A stretch of DNA of 64,000 nt from Lingula anatina (taxonomy: Eukaryota > Animalia > Brachiopoda), in NCBI GenBank assembly GCA_051362555.1, contig CM120640.1:43688788-43752787 (forward strand). The letters are read 5' to 3'. Position numbers and translations under genes: made by a program. Position 1 is the stretch's first letter, and every line of letters begins with the position of its first letter. The notes under the pieces were generated by a model. It saw only the letters and a program-made list of their open reading frames with translations, had not been told where the DNA came from and searched no databases. Positions 25,001 to 58,086 of the stretch are shown one piece after another.

Positions 25001-27268
25001 CAAGAAAATTTTCAATTATATCTATGATATTATTGAACTTGACGAGACGAAAAATCGGCAAGTATTTGATGTTACCGAAAACGGGGCTATCCTTTGGTCA
25101 TTAGTTGTTAACTGAGAGCACACATTAACTTAACTTCTCTTTACTGGACTCGCAAAAATATTGCCGGGCGATTTGCTTCAAGCGTAATCTGTTGAATCTC
25201 TAAAATGGGTGCGTATTAACCCGTATCAGATACTCCACCATTATCAATTATCAGTAAAGAACATGAAGAAGACTCGGTCATTGAGGATCAGATTTCGAGT
25301 GAGATCACCACGTTAACTCTTCATACCATGAAGGCAACATTTGATCCCGCTGCGCGTTTTGATCATTATCCTACAAAAATTGTAAAGAACTTGGAAGACC
25401 GTAACAGATCCCCGGCTACTCGGTGCAGTAGGGGGCTTGGGTTGCAAAGTTCAGGCGGTGCGCCGAGCCGAGATTTCAAAAGCATCGACGGACTGAAGTA
25501 AAATTTTTATTTGGAGATCTTGTCCGAAGAAACCGACAGGACTGGACCGCCAGAGCACGTAATTATCCACATATGGTAGTGACGAGAATCAAAATATTTA
25601 CACCTGCAAAGAAAAGGCGTTTTAAGTTCCGATTCAACGCGACATCTTCGTAAGTGCTCGATTGTTGAATCTAGTGATTCTATTGCCATGTAGCGCTTTC
25701 TGTTGCCCAATTCACTGTTATATCATACTTAGTGAGGAATATGAAAACAACGATTTGGCCTATTATGGCTGCAGGCAGGAAATCTGTTAGAAGAATAGAT
25801 ACAAGTTTAATTAATGGAGTCCTTTGAATCCGAGCCATTAATTCACTTTCCGAGTTAATGGCTCCAAGAAAAATAACAGCTATTAATGATTTTGTCAAAC
25901 AAGAAAATTTACAGACGGGATTCATGGAAAGTATTACTGTCGCTATATCCACAAAGATGAATTGTAACAACTGTTTCAATAGATACATGTTCTTGTTTAT
26001 GTAGTGAAACCTAAGCCGCCAATATATTGATTTAGAATATATGGAAAACAGGGAAAATATTTCCATGAGGGAGGAAGTCCGTGACAATATCTTTCGCGAA
26101 GGTCCCATGTTTTATAAACTTAGGGTCACGAAAAAGTCGCCAATATTTTTCGAGATTGCAGAAATATTTTACAGCTCATCTTGAAACATTTTAAATTGAC
26201 TGGTAAACATTTTGAGAAGTGCTGTTTTTATTTTTATTGAATAAACCTTGTGTGCTTGGTAAAGGTTAAGGACCAATGTCAAGAAACGAGATAAACCTAT
26301 TTTTTCAGAGACGTGTCATATTCCGGTCTTCTTATAAACAATAAAAGCATAAACTCACTGCAAGAAAATATTTTCATACTTTTTAAAATATAATTTTGAT
26401 TCTAATTATTAATCTTACCAAAAGAAAGAAAAACATCGAAACTCCTCTGTTTCTACTTCATTTGTTGTATAGGTAAAGTGCAATAAGCTACTCATTATTA
26501 CTTTAAGAATATATTGTATTAAAACACAAGTGCATTAAGATGGCGAAAGTGTGAAAAACATCATTTACTCAGAAAATATTTCTTCTTCAGTTTTGTTTTG
26601 GTTTCCACTTCCTAATTCGATGACAAAATAGTAGTAAAATAGTATTCAAGAAGTAAGCGACGTTTGACAAACGGATTTGAGACAAACCTACGACTCACTA
26701 AACTAACTAATGACGAACGAACAATTTAAATAGAAATCTTGATTAGTGACTAATCATCTCGATTTTCAGCCCAGCCACTTACGTGAAAGGTCTATTTACC
26801 TACTTATAGCTAGCCAATAAACCTTTGGCGAAGAAAAATATCAACAAAATGCTACTATAAATAAGGAACAGAATTATATGGTTTTGGAATAATTTGCATA
26901 GTCATTTAAAGCTGTATGATTAAAACTGCACAGTAATTTTATGTCCTGTAATTATTACTGAAATTAAAAACCTTAAATATGAATTTGATTCTTTTCAAAA
27001 ATGAATAAAATGTTTTGTTTATGTATTTTTTTCTCATATTGGATTGTTCGTGAACTGCAAACCTCAATATATCATAAAGCTACTTTAAACAGAAACGTTC
27101 TTAGTCTAAATCTTTACCATTTTGTGCACATGCATTACAATTTTTCTCAAAACGTGATTTTATAATGCTTTTTAGTAAAGATAGCTGCAGTCAGGTTCTT
27201 ATCTGACAAACTGAAAATTTTTTCACATTACTTTTTTCTTTTTTCTTTCTTTCTTTCTTTTTTATTCA

Positions 27269-27299
<31 letters not shown>

Positions 27300-28265
27300 T
27301 TTTGCTACTTGTATAGTCACAATTTCATCCGATTTCGAAACTGAAATTCTCAGTGGTGAGACTGTTTTTTTTTTCAGAAATAACACTGAATAAGATAATG
27401 AGTATGAAGTGCCTTTATTGCACAGATATAGTAACGATCTTAAAAGGACTAGGAGAAAAACAATTGCTATCAAAACATATAGGATTGCAACATGTGATTA
27501 CAACAATTAATGATGTTTCGATTGACACAAATACGTACAGCAAATTCTCGTTTTGATCAAAAAACATATTGCAAACTTCTTTCGATGAGACCTTGTTCTT
27601 CATTAAATGATTTAATAGATCTAAAAAAGTCTACTTTAACGAATGATTTCAATCGCCCCTCTCTTATAGCATAAAGAAATAATGTAATTATACGCGCTTT
27701 TTTGCCTTGACAAAAATTATTAAAAACAATATAGATAAACGGAATGGAATGTATACAGATGTTCTCAGAACACGAATTGATAATTTGATTTACAAAACAA
27801 CACTTAAAAAAGTCCAATAACAAAATACTACCGTGACTACCATGTTCTAGGAACAATACTCAGAGACAAAACTGGTGGTGAAAAATAAACTCGTAATGCG
27901 CGTAATAAAAAAATTAATGACAAAATTAAATTTTTAAAAAATGAGAAAAATTAAATTACAATAATAATAAAAAAACGAAGGCATCGCGCGCTATTAATTG
28001 ACTTTGGCATAAGAAGAATATTCACAACATTCAGAAATTAATCTCCCATGTGTACTATGTAGGGCTGATCCGTTTGCAATTATCTATTTATAACCACTAA
28101 AAAGAGAATACACGTTAATTATCTTCGTGAAATACTGAGATTCTTTGGTTTTTATCACATATCTTACATTCTTCACTCTATCTTCTCTGCAGTTTGATTT
28201 AGAAGCTTTGTTGAAAATCTTAAACAGATATAAATTAAATGTTCGGTCCGCTTTGTTGAAAAGGT

Positions 28266-29297
28266 CTAAACTGTTTGCCCAGCCTGGAAGTGCCTTAGCT
28301 GGTTGGAATATTGCGAAGACGCCGAGTAAGCTGACTGATGTTGGAGAGAAGCTGCGTAGCTTGGCAAGGGGGCGTTAGCAGACGCTACGTTGGTCATTCC
28401 GCCAAAATATGGAGAACTGTTCATATTCATATTCACGTTCATGTTGGCTGCTGAGGGATAGTATGGGGACGTGTACCCGGGGGTGGATGTATTTGGGCTC
28501 CATGCCTCTGGTTTCGTTCCTAGGCCGTACTGTGGCTGGGCCAGTCCCTGTGGAAATGACGGCAGAGCAGCGGTCAGAGGATTCAGGGACGGGTATGGTG
28601 ATTTGTATGCGCTTGGTGCGGTTCCGTACAGGCTGAAGTGACCGTACGAATTAACGTGCTGGATCTGAGCTTCGTTCGGCCTGAAAGACTTGGGAAGCTT
28701 AAATCTCTTCGCGCGGCGTAGAAAACTTCCATTGCTGAACATGTCTCCGGCTGCCGGGTGCAGCGCCCAGTAGTTCCCTTTCCCTGGGCGCCCTGGTGCG
28801 CGCGGGATCTTTACAAAACAATCGTTCAGAGATAAATTGTGCCTGATAGAATTTTGCCATCTTTGCTGGTTTTCCCTGAAGTAGGGGAATCTGTTCATGA
28901 TGAAGGCGTAGATCTCATTCAAAGTCATCATGCCCGCACTGGAGCTCTCCAAGGCCATAGTGATCAAAGCGATGTACGAATACGGGGGCTTCACGTCTGC
29001 GAAACGGCGCTTCTGCTGCGACAGAGTGGACCCGCCGCCGTAACCGCTCATGGCATCTAGCTCGGTGCTGTGGCTACTCATATCAATGTCGTCTGGGCTC
29101 TTGGTGGAGTCGTGACAGTCGTCTGAGTAGGACGGGGACGGGTGGTTGTCCGTGCTGAGGGCGGTCATCCCTGGAATCCCGCCGCCGTTCTCCATCATGC
29201 AGGAAGACTTCTCTGGCGGAATGCCGCCTCCATTCGTGTTCGTGTACTTGGTTGGATCTGTCTGAACAAGATTGCTTGGGACTGTTTCCATGATCAT
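28266..29297 (-). CDS. FoxAB: Forkhead transcription factor, FoxAB class, intronless, 343 aa
   Basis: Forkhead domain [96 protein letters not shown]. It mixes FoxA-like ([11 protein letters not shown]) and FoxB-like (WALHP..GDMF..GSFLRR) residues, as FoxAB does. The Fox call is certain; the subclass is by recognition. Confidence 0.85.
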   Translation of the reverse strand: MIMETVPSNLVQTDPTKYTNTNGGGIPPEKSSCMMENGGGIPGMTALSTDNHPSPSYSDDCHDSTKSPDDIDMSSHSTELDAMSGYGGGSTLSQQKRRFADVKPPYSYIALITMALESSSAGMMTLNEIYAFIMNRFPYFRENQQRWQNSIRHNLSLNDCFVKIPRAPGRPGKGNYWALHPAAGDMFSNGSFLRRAKRFKLPKSFRPNEAQIQHVNSYGHFSLYGTAPSAYKSPYPSLNPLTAALPSFPQGLAQPQYGLGTKPEAWSPNTSTPGYTSPYYPSAANMNVNMNMNSSPYFGGMTNVASANAPLPSYAASLQHQSAYSASSQYSNQLRHFQAGQTV

Positions 29298-29519
29298 CTT
29301 GGCGAATATTACAAAAACGCGTGTTTAAATTCGGTATTGCGTTTTATCAGTCTTGATTTTTTTCTTTTAAAACGTGCCTGTATTGTTCAAATTTTTCCGA
29401 TCGCTTAAATCACAGCTTGTCCAATTTTTCAGCTTTCGTTAAATTACTTCTCAAGATGCACAATATTTTTCAGACTACTTTCTCTGCGGTTTTAAAAGTT
29501 CAGTCCTCTACGAAGAAAT

Positions 29520-29650
29520 GCGTAACACCAACTGAGCAATGGTTTGTGTTTTGACACTTTTAAAGTAAATATTGGGGTAGCTTGCGCATGCGTATCACCG
29601 CCCCCTTTCACCTGTCTTCCCACGGGCGAGGGGCACTCAGGTGCGCTAGA
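29520..29650 (-). promoter_or_regulatory. Candidate FoxAB proximal promoter
   Basis: NRF1-like TGCGCATGCG (about 29583), GC box CCGCCC and E-boxes (CACCTG, CAGGTG) about 290-350 nt upstream of the ATG. Confidence 0.4.
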
Positions 29651-30139
29651 GAGTTTGAATGAAAGTCTTAACTAGCAAATAGCAAGGGATTAACTTTCAG
29701 CTTATTAGGCTTCAAAGTGAAGAGCATTAAAATACAAAAACCTACGTCCAGGGTACATTTCAACACAAAAGTACCGAAAGTTACGGGAGTGTAAAGAAGA
29801 GGGTTAAGGAAGCTCTGCCTGGACACATTTCCAAATTAGTGACCAATACGTTCGCAGGGGGTGCCAGGCAGATTATAGACCAATTTGTAGGGGGAAAAGC
29901 TCTACAAATACAATTTGTCCACTTGATGATATTAACCCCTGGAAAACACTTTGATCTCTCCCACAGGTGGTTTGACCACCCAGTTTTCAGTGCAATGGAC
30001 GGTCAGCAATTCCATATATTTATCCAACCGGCTAAATTTTCAGTTGTTTTTTTTTTTAATGATAAAGTCATAAATCCCGGTTGAATTAAGAGTACGTCGT
30101 ATTTTTTCATTCTATTCAGATTCGTAACTCAAACGATTT

Positions 30140-30530
30140 TAATATAATCTTTATTGAGCACTAAAATGCATACATATTACATTTTACAGGCTCTCTACAC
30201 TAGTCTTAACAACTTAGCAACAATTATACAAAGCTATACAATACTTATTGAATGATTACTGGGAAGCAGCACAGAATAAAACGACTATTGCTATTGGTGG
30301 GTGTGTCGTTTTTTCAAACTTTCAGTTATATATAGATATAATGTTCTCAAACACGATTCACTTTTTGGACTGAGCAGCCACTGAATTTTATCATGATCTG
30401 TTTTCTGCTCAGGAGGTATCATTAATCTAATTCTTCTGTCACTATGTTCTTCACATTTCAGTAAAAAGTGGATCTCCGTTTCAATTTCATTACAGTGGGG
30501 GCACTTGCGATTTTCAGTAGGGGTTTTTAG
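30140..30530 (-). mobile_element. 5'-truncated non-LTR retrotransposon (LINE) 3' remnant
   Basis: ENRKCPHCNEIETEIHFLLKC is the C-terminal Cys/His motif of LINE ORF2 proteins. It is followed by a stop, a short 3' UTR and AATAAA at about 30150. Confidence 0.75.
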
Positions 30531-33500
30531 TGGTGAAAAGGAATTATTTATTTTATAATTTCCATGGATAATAAGAATGTGGGAAATCATTATTGAATCA
30601 GAGCAACATAATTGCATAAACGGAAAATAGCATCTACAAACTTCAGAAGTATCACTATATTACGTAATATGCACGAGACCACGCGTCAAATTTCTTGAAA
30701 ATTTCTCACATTTGCACGCACTGCCCCTCAGCTCTAGAGGAACGTGCGCGCCATGTAGTTACAGGAATTAATATTCGATTAATTAATGTACTTCACGTAA
30801 TGATCTTTTAGCGGTGCATTAATAGGATTGAGCGCTGGCTAGACGCCCCGGGGACCAGAAGTGGCCACGATGCCGCGGACAGCGGCCACTGTTTGCCTTG
30901 CTATTGCTACTTTTCATCTTCGGGGGTCGTATAAACAGTAATGCCAGCTCACATTGACTGTCTTTTCTAGTTCCACGAGCACGTTTAATCCACGTACAAT
31001 ACTGTAGAAAAGCGTGTTTTAGTGGTATTAGGACAGGTTGTATAACTGACTGCGCTAAACGCAGCATGGCCACTGTGTTCACTTCATGTCAAATCTATCG
31101 CTTCCAAAAAGGGCATTCTTTAACGTAACAGCTCTTAGATTAATTACCGTGCAGCCAGGTAATTGAGAGGCTGAACATTCACAGCCCAAGGTGTCAGGCT
31201 GTTTAAGATCCTGTCAAGTACAAATTGTCCAAGTTGTTCCCAACTACCAAATTATCTACCTTTTCTTGTGACTGGTAATTGTTCGCACACGTGCGCTGTC
31301 AAAGTGAAAGTTTTGCTCTTAAGTGAACAAGTTAATTATGCCCCGTAAGCTAATTACAGGTTGGCAGTGAGTGTCACCAGAGATATAAATCAGCGCATCT
31401 TTCTGAAATGCTTAATTGTCATCCGTTGGAGAATTTTATTTCCTGGTTACTTTGCTGAGGGTATTATCAAACTATCAAACAAATTATTTCTTACTTTTTC
31501 GAAATAATGCCACTGCTTTTAAGATTTATTAACACGATCAAAGAGATGTAGGTACTTGAGCTTGATCATACCAAAATAATTCTGATTATTTACATTTTTA
31601 CATTTTTTATATCACGTAGGTCACTTTGTGTCTGTTCAAATTGAATTGTACCCAGCATTATTTTTTTTTCAAAATTTGCCAGAAGAATCAGAATTTTTTG
31701 ATTATGTTAATGCAAAATCTTATACCCACAACGTTAAATCAATACAACACAATAAGCAAAACTACTTATTGACTCTTTCACGAAAACTCACATGAAGAAA
31801 AAATATATAGATTGACTAATGAATTGTTTGTTGAAATTTTCAAAACCATTGACTGAAAATGGGGATTTCAAGTCCTTCAGACTGCGTCTACCTTGATATT
31901 GTCCCCACACCTTTAGATGAAGATGAAAGGAGCAGTTCATGCAAAACGCGTGATGATTCACGTAATCCAAATGATGATTACAGAAAGCCGAAACGCTGTG
32001 GTCAGACTCATGAAATCTGATCAACGCTTGATAAAGTGGTCATTTTTCAGGTGTCAAAAGTACCCCGTATCGATGACAGCTTCATCAGAACTTATTGATT
32101 TATTTATCCGGTAAAAACAAAAGACGCATTAAAACGGGTAATACTCTTCGTTTCTGGGGGCATTTTTGTCCATTAGTTTTACCAAATCTTGTGACTCATT
32201 ATTTGCCTACAAAATGCAAATAAGAAAATTTTTCATAAACATTGCACCTCATTTTACAGATTTTGAATTTAATACTGCTTATCATTGACTTAAGTAAGTT
32301 TACTAAGACTTAAATTACTGAGAATGTAAGAGGATATGGGCAAAAATACAATCCGTAGATTTAGGACTACTCTTCAGATCGATCGTCACACCGCTCGCTA
32401 GGATAGTGCACCTTATTGACGCGTTATTTCAATCACCTCACTCGCTTTAGCGTTCATCGGGTAAAATGATTAAATCTGAAGGATTGTAGCCGCGAATGTG
32501 TTTATTGGCCAGCTTAGTATTTGAAACACAATATGGGTCAGAAGCTACCTGACTCGTGCTCTGGGTCCCCCCAATTTACAGGGGGAGGGGGAGGCTTGAG
32601 AGGCGCGAAAACGGTGAGAGTTTTGTGGTTTCACGTAATAGAGTATAATCAATTGCGTTTTTAGACTCACATGGGAAAGAAGCGTCTAAAATACACCCTT
32701 AATGTATTATTGTGGCAACCTGATTATAAGATAGAACAATGAACCATTTTTAAAGAAGAATTATTTTTCTTCTCCCCAAATCATTTGCCAATTTGCCCGA
32801 CGGTGGGGACTTTTCGGTGCATCTTTCTTGTGCCCCAGGCATAGCAAAAGTGGGTAGAAAGGAACAAAAAGGGGCGATTTGTAATGGAATTACTCTTTTG
32901 TATGGCACATTGATGACCACTAAAGCGACCAGAAAGGATTAGATGGAAAATATTTACTCAGTTATAAATTTCAATTTCAAACAAATGCACTTTGCTTCTG
33001 TATAAAAGGTGTAGCTCCTTGTCACTAAGCTTGCGAGAGTGTTACGTAAATTTTCTTTGCCATGCCATTACAGGTGCATTGCTCGACAAATTCGGCAATT
33101 TCACGCATTTCGAGAAATCAGCAATTGAAAATATGCGGTCATCCTGTTCTTTTCCTCCTATCATATTTGTTCTCATCTTTAGATTGTTTGCGACTTTCAT
33201 TTGGAGTAGCCCTCGAGTCAAACGATAGGCTTAATCTAGTTCAATATTAGCGAAACAAATATGATCACTAGGTCAGAAAACACGAACTGATACTTCACAA
33301 AAAGGGGCGTAAAGGGAATACAATAGCGACCGGTCCATGATAATCGACTTATGTGCAGCCCGAAAAAATATTTAAAGGCAGCAAGATTCTGACTGTATTT
33401 TCTTTTGTCCTTTGGCACAGTAAAGGACAAATATGTGTACTCGTTGACACAAAGGTAGGAGAGAGGGTCCTCAAACAACTCACCTTAATTAAGTTGTTCA

Positions 33501-36500
33501 CGACAACAGGTTTAGTACAAATTGATGAAGCTGATAGTGGCTAGGAAATTCTATACTGATTGCGGTGTGCTAACCGCGAACCGACGGCCGGAACGTTGTC
33601 TTTAATAGATTTTTTTGGTAATTGAAAAAAGAAAGAGTAAAAAAAAAAAAAAAGAAAGAGTTAAAAAAAGAAAAGTAAAAAGGTTGCTTCAATTAATAAG
33701 ATGAAAAATCTATAAATCTATAAACAAAAATCTTAGTAATGGAACAAAATACACATTGCAAATTTATGATTATTTTATATGCATATGAACTACAAATTAT
33801 TCTAATAATAATAATACTATTTTTTTCATTCATTTAATATTGTTTTAATTTGTTTGGAACAATTCATTTTTGTCCCAAAAGCAATTCATGCAATATTAAC
33901 ATTTAAAGAGATTTAAAGCCCACCCTCACAACCCGAACATTATTTTCATGTTTTTCACTCTCCATTTGAAACTACATCTCTTTTTGTTTCTTTTCTTCCA
34001 CATAATATTTCAACGTACTTAATGGGACAACCGCTAATTTCCCCCTCCCATTTATTCGATAAATTCTCAATCAAAGAAGATGTTTAGTCTTACAGGGTAG
34101 CGAGTGCTTCCCCGGTTTGAAGCGCTCGCGGTGTATACACAGATGCTAACAAAGGTAGATACAGGTGATAGGATAAACATGAACTGTCGCCGAAGTCCTG
34201 AAAACGAAAAGAACAGAAACTGGCTGTGCTATTGTCACAGGTCCTCCGCAAGTTATTTTCTCTGGTTTCACTTGTGATGCACCCGTAAGTGGACATCGTA
34301 CCCACCAAGCTTCCGTCTGTCTACCAAATAAAGTATAATGTATTATCTACGAAATATTTTCTTTAAAATTACATTTAAGCTTTATGACATCGTTATAAAG
34401 AGGAAGATATGATGTAGAAATTTCACATTTTAACTTCAGATCAATTAAAACGACATCGATACGAGGAGGATCGTATAACATGCATTTTATTCTACATGTA
34501 CATGTACTTATCATTTAAATTAATAATAAGAAAAATATTTCAAGATGCTGGAACAGAAAAGGTTTTTCCCGGCGTCATTCTCAACGAAAAGGAAAACTCA
34601 AGATCCAACGTAGTGATCTAATTGATTTTCATGCCATTAACGAAAACCACGTAGCAATAGAAATACCACACACCTGTCTACTCAAATCCTCCACAACAAG
34701 GGACTTTTATTGTAGGTTTTGTTCCAGTCCGCGAAATCACGGGTAAGTGACGGATTTAACCATCTCTCTCACCTGGATGCGAAGAGGTGGTAAAATCCCT
34801 TCTCAATACACGCATTTAGCAACAATATTTTCAGTGAAAACAGCATAACTGGAGGCCACTAAGCTTATTATGTCTCTACTGATATCTTCTGAAATAGAAA
34901 GCACTTTTGTTACATCAATTTCTTATCTGCAGTGGCCACCACTGCCCTTTCTCCAAGGACAGATTAAGCGGCAGAGAAACGGGCTTAGCATGGCCTGCGT
35001 ATGTTGGACGATAGGCTTTGTAAGTATTGGAACAACGCTTGGCGTTTCTTTAGTGGTAGCAAGGGTATTGCAAAGTTGTAAAGGCATGAGGTTTCGGCCC
35101 TTTACTCTCAGCTAATCTTCAACTTTTGATACCATACACCCCTTCAGGCCGTCGATTAAGAGAGGGAAGCCGCAAACACGCACTACAGACACTTCAAAGT
35201 GGATGATACTGCACCTTTAGAAGAATCGACCGCTTACTACACCATTGTAAGTGTCGAGAAGGGATTAACTCACAAGCATTACGCGACTCGCCACTACGTA
35301 CATTTATAAGGATTAATCTGTTCTATGATTTTAGTAATTTCACTCCAACATGGATACATTTACCTCCACCTGCTTTGGCCTTAATATTAAGATTGAGTAA
35401 AATCAAAGGTGGGCTTGCATTGCCTTTTAATGGTTTATTTTAAACGTCATTTCTCTCTTTTTGAACCATCACAGAATACACCGTGAATTGTAATGTAATC
35501 CAAAACCTTTTTTCCTATCAAAACGACTCTAAACTTTGTTTATTAATGTCCTTTAAATATATTTCATATAATTGTTAATTTCGTTTATGTGCTGATATTG
35601 GAAATTTCTATAAAAAGTGACACATTCAGAATCAGAATGAAAGTACAAGTCAATCTCGATGGAATAGGACTAACAATACCTTAACTGCTAATCGATAAAA
35701 TAATGTTTCTGGACGAGTTTGAAGATGTTTTGAGACACGATCGCACGTAAATATGAACAAACATTGTGAGTCATTTTTTTTCTGTCGGTTACAGCTGCAG
35801 CTGGTCCCAAATATGAGAACAACAAGAAATGTTACATTCCTAAGTGTCCTACATGCCATATCAAATCACGCTGTCGTCAACCAAAACAGTTGTAACTCCT
35901 TCCTTTCCTTGTTCTCTTCAGTCTTTCTCAGGCCATCTATTATTTCATATATATTTATATTTGATTCTCGACAAAAGCCTCTGCATACCTGTATGTTAAG
36001 AGGTGGCTAACTGCATGTGGGGCCGAGCAGAAAAAATATTTGTCAAATTATGAGCCCTGTTTACCCGTTTAACTCCATCAAGCCTGAAAAATGGGCTGGC
36101 AACTGAAAATGTTATTTTTACACTTTGACCTAGTGTTATGTATTTCAATTGGGCCCACTGTGACACCACAATAATTAATTGTAAGTGTGCTGTATTCTAG
36201 TCGATAGTTGTGTACGTGGTTGTTATTTTGGTAACAATTCCCAGACCTGCCATTGCTCCTCCCACAATCAGAAGAAAAAGTAAGCAGAGAGAATACACGG
36301 CTGATTGCACTATGAAAACCCACCTTTCTTCCTCAATGTTGATGAACATGGGGAAGAATAGACCGGCTTTATTTTTTGTATCAACAAAACACGGATTTGA
36401 CAGGGACTCGCATTTCGCTGATTAAACCATATGAAAAGTGAAGAATTTGACTCCTTTGCAAAATCCGTCAATCAGAAACGATTGGTCATCGTCGCAACGG

Positions 36501-37899
36501 ATGAAATATCAGGAAAACCACAGACCGAGGGCGTGCGATACACAAACGATTAGATGTCAGAGCTCACGTAATTCCCCCTAGAGCTGAACTCACTATACAC
36601 AAGCTCGATGACATCGTTTTTAGACAAACAAAGATCAATTTGCTTACAGTTTTAAATAACATCGCGGAATAAAAGAAGGTAAACATGTTACGAAATAACG
36701 TTTCTGCAGTGACTTCTCGCATATCTTTAGGTTTCTTTCACACGGGCAGAATCTTAACCGAATAGTTTCGGTTCTACATTTTTATTTGTTGAAATTATAC
36801 TTTTATTGTCACTGTAAATAATTTTGATTGTTACCTCAATTATGCATTTTTTTATCAAAATAAAGCTATTGTACATTAAGAAGAAGTCTCAAGGGTCACC
36901 TATCGTTTAGAGAATTCAAATTGTCACTGCAAAATGTTGAATTGATGCGTTAATTTTTTTGCTAAGAGAAGCCCTACTAAAATAAAGAGGAAAGGGTGAT
37001 AAAAAATGAAAATAAACGTTTTGTCTTGAAAAACCAAGTCTTACAAACACGAAATGTGAAAAGATCTGCAGAATAGTGCCATCTTGGCGGGAAACAGTTC
37101 TGTTACCTTTTTTGATACGTTTTTATTATTGTATTTAAAAAAGCAACTATTATTGCAAATTTCCAATTCATTTTGTTTTCTGGAGGATTTGGTGCTTCCA
37201 GACCCTTAATTCTACCTGAATTCTGATCTACCGAGTATAGTCTTGTAGTTTTATCGAAACCAGCAAAATTATGAAATAAAGGAAGGAACCGCCTTCGAAT
37301 AAATTTTTGAATGAATGAAGAAGATGAACTAGACATTCGGGTATTAAAGGAAATATTATAAAATGTGATGAAAAACATTCTAAACGGGGGAATTTTGCGC
37401 TGAATTGTTCACTTCCTATGCAAGTATAATTTGCAGTGTTAATCAATCAGAAAAAGCTCATTTAAGAACAATTACCATTTTGCTTTTATTATCATTAGAA
37501 CGATTTAAGTAAATATAAGTGACAACATACATTGTAATACTGATTAAATTATACAAAGCAAAATATATCCAGTAGGCCTATGAATTCCTTCGTATAGTGG
37601 TTACGTTTTTATGTACATCTATGAATGTAAAAGGCAAAGCATTTATTTATTTATTTTTAGGCACAACTTTTTTAAGTAAGTTAAAAAGAGAATATATGAA
37701 CATGTTGAATTCATTTCACAGACACTGACAAACTGTTTATTTGACTTCCTGGACGTTTTGCATGTCAGGTGTAACAGGAATGGAAGTGCGGGCTCCCATA
37801 TGACTAGTAGGCCTACAAGTTAGGATTAGTTGGAGTACATGTATTAGGGCTAGTATATGGGATGAATGTCACCTGTACAAAGTAATGGGAAGCGGACTA

Positions 37900-38070
37900 C
37901 GGTTCCTGGCGGATTTCCATTCCTGTTACACCGGTACACCTTGATTGTGGTAGATGCGCAGAACCAGGCGGAAGACGCATATAGTTCTCCTATCACAATG
38001 ATGGTTCTTTTTAACTTACAAAAAATGTAGATCAACCACAGGCGGAAGTTAGGAGAAAAATAATAGACGT
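37900..38070 (+). promoter_or_regulatory. Candidate TATA-less CHD1 promoter / first non-coding exon
   Basis: Local CpG enrichment, two ETS-type GGCGGAAG motifs (about 37967 and 38041), a donor-like GAC|GTATGT at about 38068 and an acceptor-like TTTTTCCCTGCAG at about 38121. Confidence 0.45.
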
Positions 38071-39011
38071 ATGTCAGTAAACCCGAGAAAACAGTTTAAA
38101 CTTTGCCTTTTTTCCCTGCAGTAAAGGATAACTTATTGCATATGGGTAAAAAAGAGTCTACAGAAGATCATCATGATTTTTTCCCTTTTCTTCACAAAAC
38201 GTGTTTGCTATCATGCACTGCGTCTGACTCACTGTGTGCAGTTTGTGTGTCAGTGTTTCTTATGGCAATGTGTTCTTTTTCGTTCTTTGTCCACATTTGC
38301 AGCAATCAGCCTATTGGTGCCATAAATTAATTTAGATAATGATAATTAGAATTTAAACATCAGCATCTATTAGCAAGATAATGCCCATTTCTTTCTTTTT
38401 GTTATTTTCTATTACTTTTTCTGAAAGCTCTATGAATGCAAAAGAAGTAGATCTAAAGCTTATAACCACCTTTATCACTCTAGTGAGAGAGACCTAATGT
38501 TTACTTTATATATTATATCAAAAGTATCTTCAACTGCAAGCAGATGGCATTTTGTTGATGACGTTACGTGGTTTGCGTCATTTGTCCCATGATGCTTTGC
38601 AAATTTACGGACAAAGATATGGCAGCCATGTTTTTCTTGCATCGCATTCATGAGCAGCAGCATTGTTTGATCTTTTGTTGCTCTCTGGACTCATATTAAT
38701 GCAAATTTTTGCTGCATATCGCGTTTTTGACTTGAGCTGCACTGAAAAATGCAGTATTTGGAAGTTATAATGTCTGTCACTGGAAGATTACGTGTTCAAA
38801 CTGACCGATTTTTTGGACTTGGAACGATCCATTGAGAAGAGAAAATTGCCAGATTTTTGTTGGACATTTGGAGCAATACCATCTCGTAACTAGGTGCTGA
38901 AGTGAAATCGAAAGTAGGGACAGGATTGGGAAACCTTCTTTAAAGTGAAAAAACTGCACGAGGGACGTGACCAGCGAGATATTTAGCGGTTATTTACCAC
39001 GTGATTGCAGT

Positions 39012-39026
39012 ATGAGTCCTACCTGA
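39012..39026 (+). promoter_or_regulatory. Minimal uORF (MSPT*) ending 2 nt before the proposed CHD1 start
   Basis: ATG AGT CCT ACC TGA AA ATG ACC ACC AAG|GT. Confidence 0.55.
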
Positions 39027-39028
39027 AA

Positions 39029-58086
<19,058 letters not shown>

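Noticed and set aside
25680-26108. 142-aa hydrophobic minus-strand ORF
   Set aside because: No recognisable domain or splice context; the composition is expected from AT-rich non-coding DNA.
28266-29297. Calling the forkhead gene FoxA, FoxB or FoxL1
   Set aside because: It lacks FoxA HSLSFND/GCYLRRQ and FoxB SLTAMAI/NSLRHNLSF. The mixed signature fits FoxAB best.
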